This document shows positions 17,271-26,293 of a stretch of DNA of 64,000 nt, one piece after another. The notes under the pieces were generated by a model. That model did no database searches. It was not told the DNA's origin and saw nothing but the letters and a program-made list of their open reading frames with translations. The stretch is from assembly GCA_045602985.1 (NCBI GenBank), contig JAZULH010000020.1, positions 11,610-75,609 on the forward strand, read 5' to 3'. A program made the translations under genes and the position numbers. Source of the stretch: Acutalibacteraceae bacterium. Lineage in GTDB: Bacteria; Bacillota; Clostridia; Oscillospirales; Acutalibacteraceae. Each line of letters opens with the position of its first letter. Position 1 is the stretch's first letter.

Positions 17271-17299
17271 ATTATAACACTAATATAATCATATTTCAA
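17271..17299 (-). promoter_or_regulatory. Near-consensus SigA promoter of the glycyl-radical operon
   Basis: The minus strand reads TTGAAA (17299-17294), 17 nt spacer, TATAAT (17276-17271), about 30 nt upstream of the activase start. Confidence 0.7.
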
Positions 17300-17353
17300 T
17301 CAGAAACAGGGGATTGGGAGTGGATATTTTTTAAATGAAAAAGCCAAAAGGAC

Positions 17354-17402
17354 TTGTTACAAAATGGTAACAAACGATAAATTTTTATTGACAAACGATA
17401 AA
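17354..17402. promoter_or_regulatory. Operator-like inverted and direct repeats in the divergent intergenic region
   Basis: Inverted repeat TTGTTAC-N6-GTAACAA at 17354-17373. The exact 12-mer ACAAACGATAAA occurs at 17370-17381 and 17391-17402 (21 nt period). The second copy overlaps a TTGACA at 17388-17393. Confidence 0.45.
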
Positions 17403-17436
17403 AACGGATGTATTTTTTGTGCAAGGAGATGATTTT

Positions 17437-17883
17437 ATGAAACATTCCGAAAAATCTATTAACTTGACACTTATCCTTGCTTTCGGTTTAAGTGCATTTT
17501 TTGCAATAATGCTGTTTATGGCGCCACACGTGTTTACAATTTATTGCGATGCTGCCCATAAAAGCGAGGGTGCATTGAAGGCCTTGATAGGTGTTTTTTA
17601 TGCCTGCACACCATCTGCAGCAGTTACTTTGTATTGTACCGTAAGGTTTCTTTTTAATCTTAAAAAAGGGGAGGTGTTCACAAGACAAACGGTTAAATAT
17701 CTCAAAATCCTTTCATATATGTGTCTGTCCGTAATTCCTTTGTCTTTGCCGCTTTGTTATTATTTCCTGGCAGGATTTCCCATACCGGCATCAGCAATGT
17801 GTATGTGGTTGTTCCTGAGGGTGCTTAAGAATGCGTTTGAATACGGAACTGATATAAAAAATGAAAATGATTTGACGGTGTAA
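17437..17883 (+). CDS. DUF2975-like 4-TM membrane protein
   Basis: ATG at 17437 lies behind AAGGAG. It has four hydrophobic helices. It is immediately followed (2 nt) by a small XRE regulator, the usual partner of this family. Confidence 0.65.
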   Translation: MKHSEKSINLTLILAFGLSAFFAIMLFMAPHVFTIYCDAAHKSEGALKALIGVFYACTPSAAVTLYCTVRFLFNLKKGEVFTRQTVKYLKILSYMCLSVIPLSLPLCYYFLAGFPIPASAMCMWLFLRVLKNAFEYGTDIKNENDLTV

Positions 17884-17885
17884 AT

Positions 17886-18095
17886 ATGGGAATAATTGTG
17901 AATCTTGATGTAATGTTAGCAAAAAGAAAGATGTCTTCGGGAGAGCTTGCTTCGAAAATCGGATTGACACAGGCTAATTTGTCAATTCTGAAAACAGGCA
18001 AGGCAAAGGCTATAAGGTTTTCTACCTTATCTGCAATATGCAAAGAGCTGAATTGCCAACCCGGAGATATTCTTGAATACTCTTTGGAGGATTAA
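17886..18095 (+). CDS. XRE/Cro-family helix-turn-helix transcriptional regulator (YozG-like)
   Basis: 69 aa, with the HTH segment MSSGELASKIGLTQANLSILKTGKAKAIRFSTL. Confidence 0.85.
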   Translation: MGIIVNLDVMLAKRKMSSGELASKIGLTQANLSILKTGKAKAIRFSTLSAICKELNCQPGDILEYSLED

Positions 18096-18097
18096 TT

Positions 18098-19777
18098 ATG
18101 AACAATTCACAAAATAACAATACTCCCGTTTGTTATAACACATACCCCGGTTATAATAACGGCTGTAACGGTTTTCCGTTACCGACAAAACTGACTAAAA
18201 AGCACCATAGCATAACAAAATCTGATCTTGCAGGTTTTCTTATATCCTTTGTGCTTATGTTTGTTGTATTCCGTGTGGGTATTTTCAACGGCTTTAACTT
18301 CGGCTTTTCAATAAGCGTAACTCTGTTACTGAGCCTTGGCTTTATCTATGTATGGAACAGCAACAAAAAGAATACGGTTTTTTCTTTATTGATGTATTTC
18401 CTGTCTGTTGTACTTATAGCTTCTTATTCCTTTAATAATGACGGATTTATTAAGTTTCTGGGCTTTATTTTCCTTTTGTTCTCTACCTCGCTTGCCCTCA
18501 GCGGTATATCCGGCAATGTGAATGTTAAAGGAAGCACATATCTGCTGGCAGTGGATTCTGTTTCTGTTGCATTCAAATGCTTTTTTACAAAATTTGCCCT
18601 GATGGTGCGCTCATTCAGGGAACACCTGAAGACATCAAAATCAAATGCCTTTGTAAGCACTGTGTTAGGTGTTGTGGTTGCTTTCCCTGTGATGTGCCTT
18701 GTTATGGGGCTTTTGTCTTCATCAGATGTGGCATTTGAGTCATTGGTAACTATTATTGTTGACAATGTGGCTACATTTGTATTTGCTTTGATTTTATCGT
18801 TGTTGTTTACGCCCTTTATTTTTTCCCACTTTTTTGCGTTGAAAAAGGGGGAGGGAATACGTAATGCCCCTGTAAAGAGGATTAATGCGCGTCTGTCTTC
18901 TATTACCGCAAACACATTCCTTATAATGATATCTGTTGTTTATTGCGTTTACCTGATTTCACAGCTGGCATACATAACAAAGGCTTTTGCTTTTTTGTTA
19001 CCTGAAGGGTACTCAGCTTCGCAGTTTGCAAGGGATGGCTTTTTCCAGATGGGAGCTATTGCAGTCATTAATCTGTTAATACTGACATTAACAATGATTC
19101 TTATTAAAAGAAAAGAGAATAAAAAAGTATCTGTTTTAACTAAGATATTGTTGACATTCCTTTGCTTGTTTACTGAATTTTATATTTCAACATCATTCAT
19201 TAAAATGGTGAAGTACATTTCATTGTACGGCTTGACACGTTTGCGTGTTTTAACAAGCGTGTTTATGATTATGCTTGCAGTAATCTTTTTTGTGTTGCTT
19301 GTGCGCTTGTACATCAGAAAAATACCGTATATCAAGGTCATTACCTTTGTTTGTGCATTGACAGTAATACTGATTTCTGCAGTAGACATAAATACCGTAA
19401 TTTCAGAGTATAACTATAAGGCCTACAAGGAGGCAAAAATTCATAGAATTGATGTAGAGTTGCTTGAATCACTTGGGGTTAATGCTTTGCCTGTGCTTGT
19501 TCAGCTTGCGGAGGATAAGGACCCTGATGTTGCATTTGAGGCAAAGGGTGCAATCCTGCATTTGTCCGAAGATATATACATTCATCCTTTTGATAAGGAG
19601 CTGGAGGAGGAGCAACCTCTTTCGGAGAGGGCTTTATACAGTGATGTTTTTGATATGAATGTAATCAGAAAAAGAGCAAAGGAGAGCCTTGATGAATTTA
19701 TAGAAAAGAATCCCGATTTCCTTGCAGAGTACGATAATGAGTTCCTTGCACGAAGTGAAATTGCGGTAGCGGAGTAA
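18098..19777 (+). CDS. Large multi-pass membrane protein (DUF4153/DUF4173-like) with a C-terminal soluble helical domain
   Basis: 559 aa with about 10-12 predicted TM helices. It starts 2 nt after the XRE gene. The family name is from memory only. Confidence 0.7.
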   Translation: MNNSQNNNTPVCYNTYPGYNNGCNGFPLPTKLTKKHHSITKSDLAGFLISFVLMFVVFRVGIFNGFNFGFSISVTLLLSLGFIYVWNSNKKNTVFSLLMYFLSVVLIASYSFNNDGFIKFLGFIFLLFSTSLALSGISGNVNVKGSTYLLAVDSVSVAFKCFFTKFALMVRSFREHLKTSKSNAFVSTVLGVVVAFPVMCLVMGLLSSSDVAFESLVTIIVDNVATFVFALILSLLFTPFIFSHFFALKKGEGIRNAPVKRINARLSSITANTFLIMISVVYCVYLISQLAYITKAFAFLLPEGYSASQFARDGFFQMGAIAVINLLILTLTMILIKRKENKKVSVLTKILLTFLCLFTEFYISTSFIKMVKYISLYGLTRLRVLTSVFMIMLAVIFFVLLVRLYIRKIPYIKVITFVCALTVILISAVDINTVISEYNYKAYKEAKIHRIDVELLESLGVNALPVLVQLAEDKDPDVAFEAKGAILHLSEDIYIHPFDKELEEEQPLSERALYSDVFDMNVIRKRAKESLDEFIEKNPDFLAEYDNEFLARSEIAVAE

Positions 19778-19797
19778 TATGATGTAATAAAGTGTTT

Positions 19798-19843
19798 TTG
19801 CGGTCTGCCTTTCTTAAACGGAGAGGAAGACCGCAAATTTTTA
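19798..19843 (+). terminator. Intrinsic terminator
   Basis: Stem ttgcggtct...cctttc pairs with gagagg...agaccgcaa, followed by ATTTTT. Confidence 0.8.
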
Positions 19844-19890
19844 AAAAGTATTGTTACGGAAACTGCAGACAGGCGACGAACAATAATTTT

Positions 19891-19919
19891 TTGCATTTAT
19901 TGTTTCTTTATGATAGAAT
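19891..19919 (+). promoter_or_regulatory. Candidate SigA promoter for the GDPD gene
   Basis: TTGCAT (19891-19896), 17 nt spacer, TAGAAT (19914-19919). Confidence 0.55.
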
Positions 19920-19948
19920 AAATTATATCCTTGTTCAGGGGTGAATTT

Positions 19949-20782
19949 ATGAAATTCGATTTATTTGAAAAAGCAAAAGAAAATATAATTGTGGTTGCTC
20001 ACAGGGGTGCTTGTGGGGGTAATATTCCATGTAACACTCTTACTGCCTATGAAATTGCCCTTAAGCAGGGTGCGGATATGATAGAGGTTGATGTGAGTCG
20101 CAGCCGTGATGATAAGCTGTTTATATTCCACCCGGGTATGGAGGAAGACCACTTTAATAAAAAGATGAATTTCAAGCGTATGAAATTTGCGAAAATTTCA
20201 AGAGAGCGTTATGTCAACTTTGACAATTCTGTTACCCAGTTCGGTGTGGCAACCTTTGATGATTTTCTTGAACAGTTCAAGGGCAGATGCTTTATAAATA
20301 TTGACAAATTCTGGGATAATCCCGAAATGATTTATGAAGCAATAAAGCGCCATAATATGCTTGAACAGGTGCTTGTTAAAAGCAAGCTTTCGCCCGATAT
20401 CATCAAAACAGTTGAAGATTTCTGCCCTGATGTTGCATTTATGCCCATTGTAAGGGACGAGCATCCGTACCACGGGGAGCTTATGAAGCGTAATATCAAT
20501 TACATCGGTGCAGAGGTGCTTTTTGAGAATGAGAGCTCATATATGGCAAGCCCTGAGTTTATTGATATGATGCACCGTGACGGTAAATTGGTTTGGGTTA
20601 ACTCCATAATTTATGATTACAAGGAACAGCTTGCAGGTGGTCACAGTGATGATACCGCTTTTACCGTGAACGAGGATTACGGTTGGGGCTGGCTTGTTGA
20701 CAGGGGCTATGATATGATACAAACCGATTGGGCTTTAATGCTTATAAACTACCTTAAAGAAAGCGGTAAATATTATAAATAA
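19949..20782 (+). CDS. Glycerophosphodiester phosphodiesterase (GDPD) family protein
   Basis: VVAHRG...NTL.AYE.A...GADMIEVDV....D..L.IFH matches GDPD catalytic motifs. Start is at MKFDLF (19949) behind AGGGGTGA. Confidence 0.8.
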   Translation: MKFDLFEKAKENIIVVAHRGACGGNIPCNTLTAYEIALKQGADMIEVDVSRSRDDKLFIFHPGMEEDHFNKKMNFKRMKFAKISRERYVNFDNSVTQFGVATFDDFLEQFKGRCFINIDKFWDNPEMIYEAIKRHNMLEQVLVKSKLSPDIIKTVEDFCPDVAFMPIVRDEHPYHGELMKRNINYIGAEVLFENESSYMASPEFIDMMHRDGKLVWVNSIIYDYKEQLAGGHSDDTAFTVNEDYGWGWLVDRGYDMIQTDWALMLINYLKESGKYYK

Positions 20783-20868
20783 AATTATTCGTTAAAATTG
20801 ACTAAAAAAAGCGGAAATTTTCTCTTTAAAAACTACGCATTTTAGAGTATAAAAACCGCACCGTTCTA

Positions 20869-20898
20869 TTGACACAAACGGGGCGGTTATGATATTAT
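20869..20898 (+). promoter_or_regulatory. Candidate promoter of the pyr operon
   Basis: TTGACA (20869-20874), 18 nt spacer, then TGaTATTAT, an extended -10 (20890-20898). Confidence 0.55.
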
Positions 20899-20902
20899 TA
20901 TT

Positions 20903-21022
20903 AAGGTCTTTAAGTCGGTACAGAGAGATCGGCAAGATGAATGTTAAATATATTGGGTACAGGTAAAACTGTATCAATGTTTTTGTGTGTTCAGCCTTGC
21001 CATACGCAAGGCTTGTTTTTTT
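20903..21022 (+). promoter_or_regulatory. PyrR-type transcription attenuator (binding loop plus terminator) in the pyrC leader
   Basis: CUUUAAGUCGGUACAGAGAGAUCGGC resembles the PyrR binding-loop core (..UUUAA..GUCCAGAGAGGCU..). Downstream, the hairpin agccttgc (20993-21000) pairs with gcaaggct (21006-21013), followed by TGTTTTTTT. Confidence 0.6.
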
Positions 21023-21047
21023 ATATTCAATACGGAAAGTGATTATT

Positions 21048-22277
21048 ATGACACAGCAACTCAAAGCCAAAACAATAAAGTTTGCCTCAGCAGGTATGGG
21101 TAATGTGCCTTTTTATAAAGGCGTTGCGGAGCATTTGTCTGCTGATGATAGCCTTTCTGTTTTCAATTCTGACAGATATATTATTTTTCCCGGTTTTTGC
21201 GATGTGCATGTGCATTTTCGTGAGCCGGGTTTTTCTTATAAAGAGACTATTGAAACAGGGTGTAAAGCATCTGCCCGCGGCGGATACACTGCAGTATGTA
21301 CCATGCCTAATCTGGACCCCGTTCCGGATTGTGCCCAGCATCTTAAAATACAGACCGATTTAATAAAGGCAGATGCCTGCATAAATGTTTATCCCTATGC
21401 TTCGATTACTGTCGGGCAGAAGGGTGAAGAGCTTTCGGATATGGAGTCTATGGCAGATTGTGCATTTGCTTTTTCTGATGATGGCAAGGGTGTGCAGAGT
21501 GACGATATGATGAGGGCGGCAATGCTCAAGGCAAAATCATTGGGTAAAATGATTGTTGCTCATTGTGAGGATAATTCCCTGCTGCGCGGCGGCTACATCC
21601 ACGATGGTGTGTATGCTAAGGAGCACGGTCATAAGGGTATATGCAGTGAGAGCGAATGGAAGCCAATAGCAAGAGATATTGAGCTTGTTAAGGAAACGGG
21701 CTGCAGCTACCATGTGTGCCACATATCAACAAAGGAGAGTGTGGATATTATCAGGAAGGCAAAAGCAGATGGTGTGGATATCACCTGTGAAACAGGTCCT
21801 CACTACCTGGTGCTTGATGATAATGACCTTGAAGAAAGCGGTGCCTTTAAAATGAATCCGCCACTTCGCTCTGAAGAGGACAGACTTGCACTTATTGAGG
21901 GTATTAAGGACGGCACTATTGATATGATTGCAACGGACCACGCTCCCCACTCAAAGGAGGAGAAGAGCAAGGGTCTCCAAGGTAGTGCGTTCGGTATTGT
22001 GGGTATTGAAACTGCCTTCCAGGTGATGTATACAAACCTTGTAAAAACAGGTGTTATAACACTTGAAAAGCTTGTCGAGCTGATGGCGGTGAATCCCCGT
22101 AAAAGGTTTAATATCCCACTTGGTGTTGATTACACGGTATGGGATTTGAAAAAGAATACAACAGTTAACCCGTCAGATTTCCTGTCAAAGGGCAAAGCAA
22201 CTCCCTTTGAGGATATGCCTGTGCAGGGTGAGTGTGTGTTGACCGTGTGTAACGGTAAAGTAGTTTATAAATTGTAA
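21048..22277 (+). CDS. pyrC: Dihydroorotase
   Basis: Contains DVHVHFREPG (metal His pair), later CHIS, and ATDHAPH. Start is at MTQQLK (21048), downstream of the attenuator terminator. Confidence 0.9.
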   Translation: MTQQLKAKTIKFASAGMGNVPFYKGVAEHLSADDSLSVFNSDRYIIFPGFCDVHVHFREPGFSYKETIETGCKASARGGYTAVCTMPNLDPVPDCAQHLKIQTDLIKADACINVYPYASITVGQKGEELSDMESMADCAFAFSDDGKGVQSDDMMRAAMLKAKSLGKMIVAHCEDNSLLRGGYIHDGVYAKEHGHKGICSESEWKPIARDIELVKETGCSYHVCHISTKESVDIIRKAKADGVDITCETGPHYLVLDDNDLEESGAFKMNPPLRSEEDRLALIEGIKDGTIDMIATDHAPHSKEEKSKGLQGSAFGIVGIETAFQVMYTNLVKTGVITLEKLVELMAVNPRKRFNIPLGVDYTVWDLKKNTTVNPSDFLSKGKATPFEDMPVQGECVLTVCNGKVVYKL

Positions 22278-22320
22278 TTTTTAGAATTTTGAATTATATG
22301 TTTTTCAGGAGGTTTCTCGT

Positions 22321-25300
22321 ATGGGAAAGAGAACGGATATCAAGAAGGTTTTGATTATAGGCTCAGGTCCTATTGTTATCGGTCAGGCGGCAGAGTTTGA
22401 CTATGCAGGCACTCAGGCTTGCCTTGCACTTAAGGAGGAAGGCTATGAGGTTATTCTCGCAAACTCCAACCCTGCCACAATTATGACAGATACTACCATT
22501 GCGGATAAGGTTTATATGGAGCCCCTCACTTTGGAGTATGTTGCGAAAATTCTCAGATATGAGCGTCCCGATGCGATTGTTCCCGGCATCGGCGGTCAGA
22601 CAGGTCTTAATCTTGCTATGCAGCTGGAGAAAAAGGGTATACTTAAGGAGTGCGGCGTAGAGCTTCTGGGTACAAGCAGCGAAAGTATTGAGCGTGCCGA
22701 GGACCGCGAGCTTTTCAAGGAGCTTTGCCAGTCAATAGGTGAGCCTACAATCCCTTCAGAAATTACATACAGTCTTGAAGAGGCGCTTGCTGCAGCGGAC
22801 AGAATCGGTTACCCCGTAGTTGTTCGTCCTGCATTTACTTTGGGTGGTACAGGTGGCGGATTTGCCGCAGACAGAAATGAGCTTATTGAGATTGGTACAA
22901 ATGCCTTCAAGCTTTCACCCGTTCATCAGGCGCTTATTGAAAAGAGTGTTAAAGGCTACAAGGAAATTGAGTTTGAGGTTATGCGCGATTCCAACGACCA
23001 CGCCATTACCATCTGCGGTATGGAGAATATTGACCCTGTCGGTGTGCATACAGGTGACTCTCTTGTTGTGGCTCCCATCCTTACACTTAATGACCACGAC
23101 CTCAAGATGCTCAATGACAGTGCTATCAAAATTATCCGTGAGCTTAAAATTGAGGGCGGATGTAATGTTCAGTTTGCCCTTAATCCTGAGACAAGCGAAT
23201 ATTTCCTTATAGAGGTTAACCCGAGAGTTTCCCGTTCATCTGCCCTGGCATCCAAGGCAAGCGGTTATCCTATTGCAAGAGTTACTGCAAAAATTGCGGT
23301 AGGTATGGCTCTTGAGGATATTACAATTGCCAATACAACAGCGGCATTTGAACCCCGTCTTGATTATATTGTTGCAAAGCTTCCCCGTTTCCCGTTTGAT
23401 AAGTTTGCATCTGCAGCAAACACCTTGGGTACACAGATGAAGGCAACAGGCGAGGTTATGGGTATCGGCTCAAACCTTGAAGAGTGCCTGCTTAAATCTG
23501 TTCGTTCACTTGAAACAGGTGCATACCACTTCCACCTTCCCAAGTTTGACCCTATGACAGAGGATGAGCTTGTTGCTTATCTTGCTGAGTTCAAGGATGA
23601 TACAATTTTTGCTGTAACAGAGCTTATTCGTCGCGGTATGTCACTTGAAAAGCTTCACGATATTACAAAAATCACAACATATTTCCTTGAGGCATTCAAG
23701 AGAATTGTTGATATGGAAAATAAGCTTAAGGCAAATGCAGGTAATAAAGAGGTTCTCCTTGAAGCTAAAAAGATGGGCTTTGGTGACAAGTTTATTGCCA
23801 AGTTCTGGGGACAGAATGAAATTGATGTTTACAATCTCCGTAAGCAGGAAAATATGTTCCCTGTATTCCGTATGGTTGACACTTGCCATACAAACGCATA
23901 TATTCCTTACTTCTATTCATCCTACACAGACAAAAATGACTCTGTTCTTACAGATAAAAAGAAAATTGTTGTTATCGGTGCAGGTCCTATCCGTATAGGT
24001 CAGGGTGTTGAGTTTGACTACTCCACAGTTCACGCTGTTACAACCATTAAGAATTCCGGTTACGAGGCTATTATTATCAACAATAACCCCGAAACTGTTT
24101 CAACAGACTACACAACTGCAGACAAGCTCTATTTTGAACCCCTAACACCCGAGGATGTTATGAATATTATTGAGTTTGAAAAGCCTGACGGAGTTATTAC
24201 CTCACTGGGCGGTCAGACTGCTATAAATCTTGCCGAACCCCTTATGAAACGCGGCGTTAAGATTATCGGTACGGATTGTGATGCAATTGAGCGTGCCGAA
24301 AACAGAGACAGCTTTGAGAAAATACTTACAAACCTTGGTATTCCTCAGCCCAAGGGCAAGGCAGTTACAAAAATTGAAGACGGCATAAATGCTGCTAAGG
24401 AAATCGGTTATCCTGTACTCGTAAGACCAAGCTTCGTGCTGGGTGGCAGAGCAATGCAGATTGTTGCTAACGAGGAGCAGCTCAGACACTACCTCAAAAC
24501 CGCTGTTGAGATTGATGAGGACAAGCCTGTGCTTGTTGATAAATATATTCAGGGTAAAGAGGTTGAGGTTGATGCTATCTGCGACGGCAGAGATGTATTT
24601 ATTCCCGGTATTATGGAGCTTGTTGAAAAGACAGGTGTTCATTCGGGCGACTCCATAAGCGTTTATCCCTCATTCAGTATTTCTGATAAGGTTAAGGGTA
24701 TTATCCTTCAGTATGCAAAGAAGCTGGGTCTTGGCATCGGCATTATCGGTCTTTACAATATTCAGTTTATTGTTGATGAAAAAGATGATGTTTACATTAT
24801 TGAGGTTAACCCCCGTTCATCAAGAACAGTTCCCTTCCTTTCAAAGGCAACCGGCTACTCCCTTGCAGATATCGCAACTGAGGTTATTATGGGAAAAACT
24901 CTTAAGGAGCAGGGTATATTTGATATTTATCCCCAGGAGAAGAATCGTTGGTATGTAAAAGTACCCGTATTCTCCTTCAACAAAATACGCGGTCTTGACG
25001 CTTACCTTTCACCTGAAATGAAATCAACAGGTGAGGCTATCGGTTACGACAACAAGCTTAACCGCGCTCTTTATAAGGCGCTTCAGGCATCGGGTATGCA
25101 TTTACAGAACTACGGTACCGTTTTTGCTACAATTGCAGATAAGGATAAGGATGAGGCACTTTCACTTATCCGCCGTTTCTATAACCTGGGCTTTAACATC
25201 CAGGCAACTGAGGGAACAGCCAAGTTCTTCAAGGAGAACGGAATCCGTACTCACGCGCTTAAGAAAATCAGCGACGGTAGTGATGAGATACCTGAGGCTT

Positions 25301-25494
25301 TGCGCCAGGGTCACATTGCTTATGTTATAAATACAAAGGATATTGGTTCAACAGGTTCAGCCAACGACGGTCTTGAAATTCGCCGATATGCTATTGAAAA
25401 TAACGTAAATATCTTTACCGCCCTTGATACCGTTCGTGTTCTTCTTGATGCACTTGAAGAGTCTACAATTACAATTTCAACAATTGATGCTTAA
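22321..25494 (+). CDS. carB: Carbamoyl-phosphate synthase large subunit
   Basis: 1057 aa with duplicated ATP-grasp halves (GSGPIVIGQAAEFDYAG and GAGPIRIGQGVEFDY) and a C-terminal MGS-like domain. Confidence 0.95.
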   Translation: MGKRTDIKKVLIIGSGPIVIGQAAEFDYAGTQACLALKEEGYEVILANSNPATIMTDTTIADKVYMEPLTLEYVAKILRYERPDAIVPGIGGQTGLNLAMQLEKKGILKECGVELLGTSSESIERAEDRELFKELCQSIGEPTIPSEITYSLEEALAAADRIGYPVVVRPAFTLGGTGGGFAADRNELIEIGTNAFKLSPVHQALIEKSVKGYKEIEFEVMRDSNDHAITICGMENIDPVGVHTGDSLVVAPILTLNDHDLKMLNDSAIKIIRELKIEGGCNVQFALNPETSEYFLIEVNPRVSRSSALASKASGYPIARVTAKIAVGMALEDITIANTTAAFEPRLDYIVAKLPRFPFDKFASAANTLGTQMKATGEVMGIGSNLEECLLKSVRSLETGAYHFHLPKFDPMTEDELVAYLAEFKDDTIFAVTELIRRGMSLEKLHDITKITTYFLEAFKRIVDMENKLKANAGNKEVLLEAKKMGFGDKFIAKFWGQNEIDVYNLRKQENMFPVFRMVDTCHTNAYIPYFYSSYTDKNDSVLTDKKKIVVIGAGPIRIGQGVEFDYSTVHAVTTIKNSGYEAIIINNNPETVSTDYTTADKLYFEPLTPEDVMNIIEFEKPDGVITSLGGQTAINLAEPLMKRGVKIIGTDCDAIERAENRDSFEKILTNLGIPQPKGKAVTKIEDGINAAKEIGYPVLVRPSFVLGGRAMQIVANEEQLRHYLKTAVEIDEDKPVLVDKYIQGKEVEVDAICDGRDVFIPGIMELVEKTGVHSGDSISVYPSFSISDKVKGIILQYAKKLGLGIGIIGLYNIQFIVDEKDDVYIIEVNPRSSRTVPFLSKATGYSLADIATEVIMGKTLKEQGIFDIYPQEKNRWYVKVPVFSFNKIRGLDAYLSPEMKSTGEAIGYDNKLNRALYKALQASGMHLQNYGTVFATIADKDKDEALSLIRRFYNLGFNIQATEGTAKFFKENGIRTHALKKISDGSDEIPEALRQGHIAYVINTKDIGSTGSANDGLEIRRYAIENNVNIFTALDTVRVLLDALEESTITISTIDA

Positions 25495-25558
25495 TTGAAT
25501 ATGTGGGTGAGGCTGCTTCTGCAATCGGTAGTAGCACACTCGCGCTGATGAGGTTACT

Positions 25559-26293
25559 ATGAAACAATCAATTTTTAAAATCACCTGTCAAACCCAATTG
25601 ACAGATACGGTTTATAAAATGTGTCTGCAGGGTGATACCGAGGGTATTAAATGCGGACAGTTTGTTAACATAAAGCTTGATGGTCTTTACCTTCGCAGAC
25701 CGATTTCAGTCTGTGACTGTGAGGGCGATAATCTTACAATTATCTACAAGGTGGTAGGTAAGGGTACAGAGCAGATGGCAGGTATGGGAGCAGGTCAGGA
25801 GCTTGATGTTCTTACAGGCCTTGGTAACGGTTACGATTTAAGCCTTGCAGGGGAAAGACCTGTGCTTATAGGTGGCGGTGTTGGTGTTCCGCCAATGTAT
25901 ATGTTGGCAAAAGAGCTTGTTGCACAGGGCAAAAGTGTAAGCGTTATTCTGGGCTTTAACACAAAGGCGGAAATCTTTTGTGAAGAGGATTTCAAGGCTC
26001 TCGGCTGTGATGTTACGGTTGCAACCGCAGATGGCTCATACGGTGTAAAGGGCTTTGTTACGGATGCTCTTGAGGGTATGGATTATTCGTATTTTTATAC
26101 CTGTGGTCCCGAGCCTATGCTTAAAGCACTTTTTAAGGCTACTGCTACAAGCGGTCAGTTTAGCTTTGAGGAGCGTATGGGTTGCGGTTTTGGTGCTTGT
26201 ATGGGTTGCTCGTGCAAAACCGTTACAGGCTACAAGCGTATATGTAAAGAAGGCCCCGTGCTTAAAAAGGAGGAAATTTTATGGGAAGATTAA
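25559..26293 (+). CDS. pyrK: Dihydroorotate dehydrogenase electron-transfer subunit
   Basis: FAD/NAD ferredoxin-reductase fold with a C-terminal 2Fe-2S motif CGFGACMGCSC. It overlaps pyrD. Confidence 0.9.
   Translation: MKQSIFKITCQTQLTDTVYKMCLQGDTEGIKCGQFVNIKLDGLYLRRPISVCDCEGDNLTIIYKVVGKGTEQMAGMGAGQELDVLTGLGNGYDLSLAGERPVLIGGGVGVPPMYMLAKELVAQGKSVSVILGFNTKAEIFCEEDFKALGCDVTVATADGSYGVKGFVTDALEGMDYSYFYTCGPEPMLKALFKATATSGQFSFEERMGCGFGACMGCSCKTVTGYKRICKEGPVLKKEEILWED

Noticed and set aside
19949-20782. Possible inactive GDPD (ENT replaced by CNT, HD replaced by HP)
   Set aside because: The residues I recall as catalytic or metal-binding appear conserved: the HRG His/Arg, the E-x-D in IEVDV, and the second His. 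The substitutions are at less critical positions, and I cannot judge them further without an alignment.
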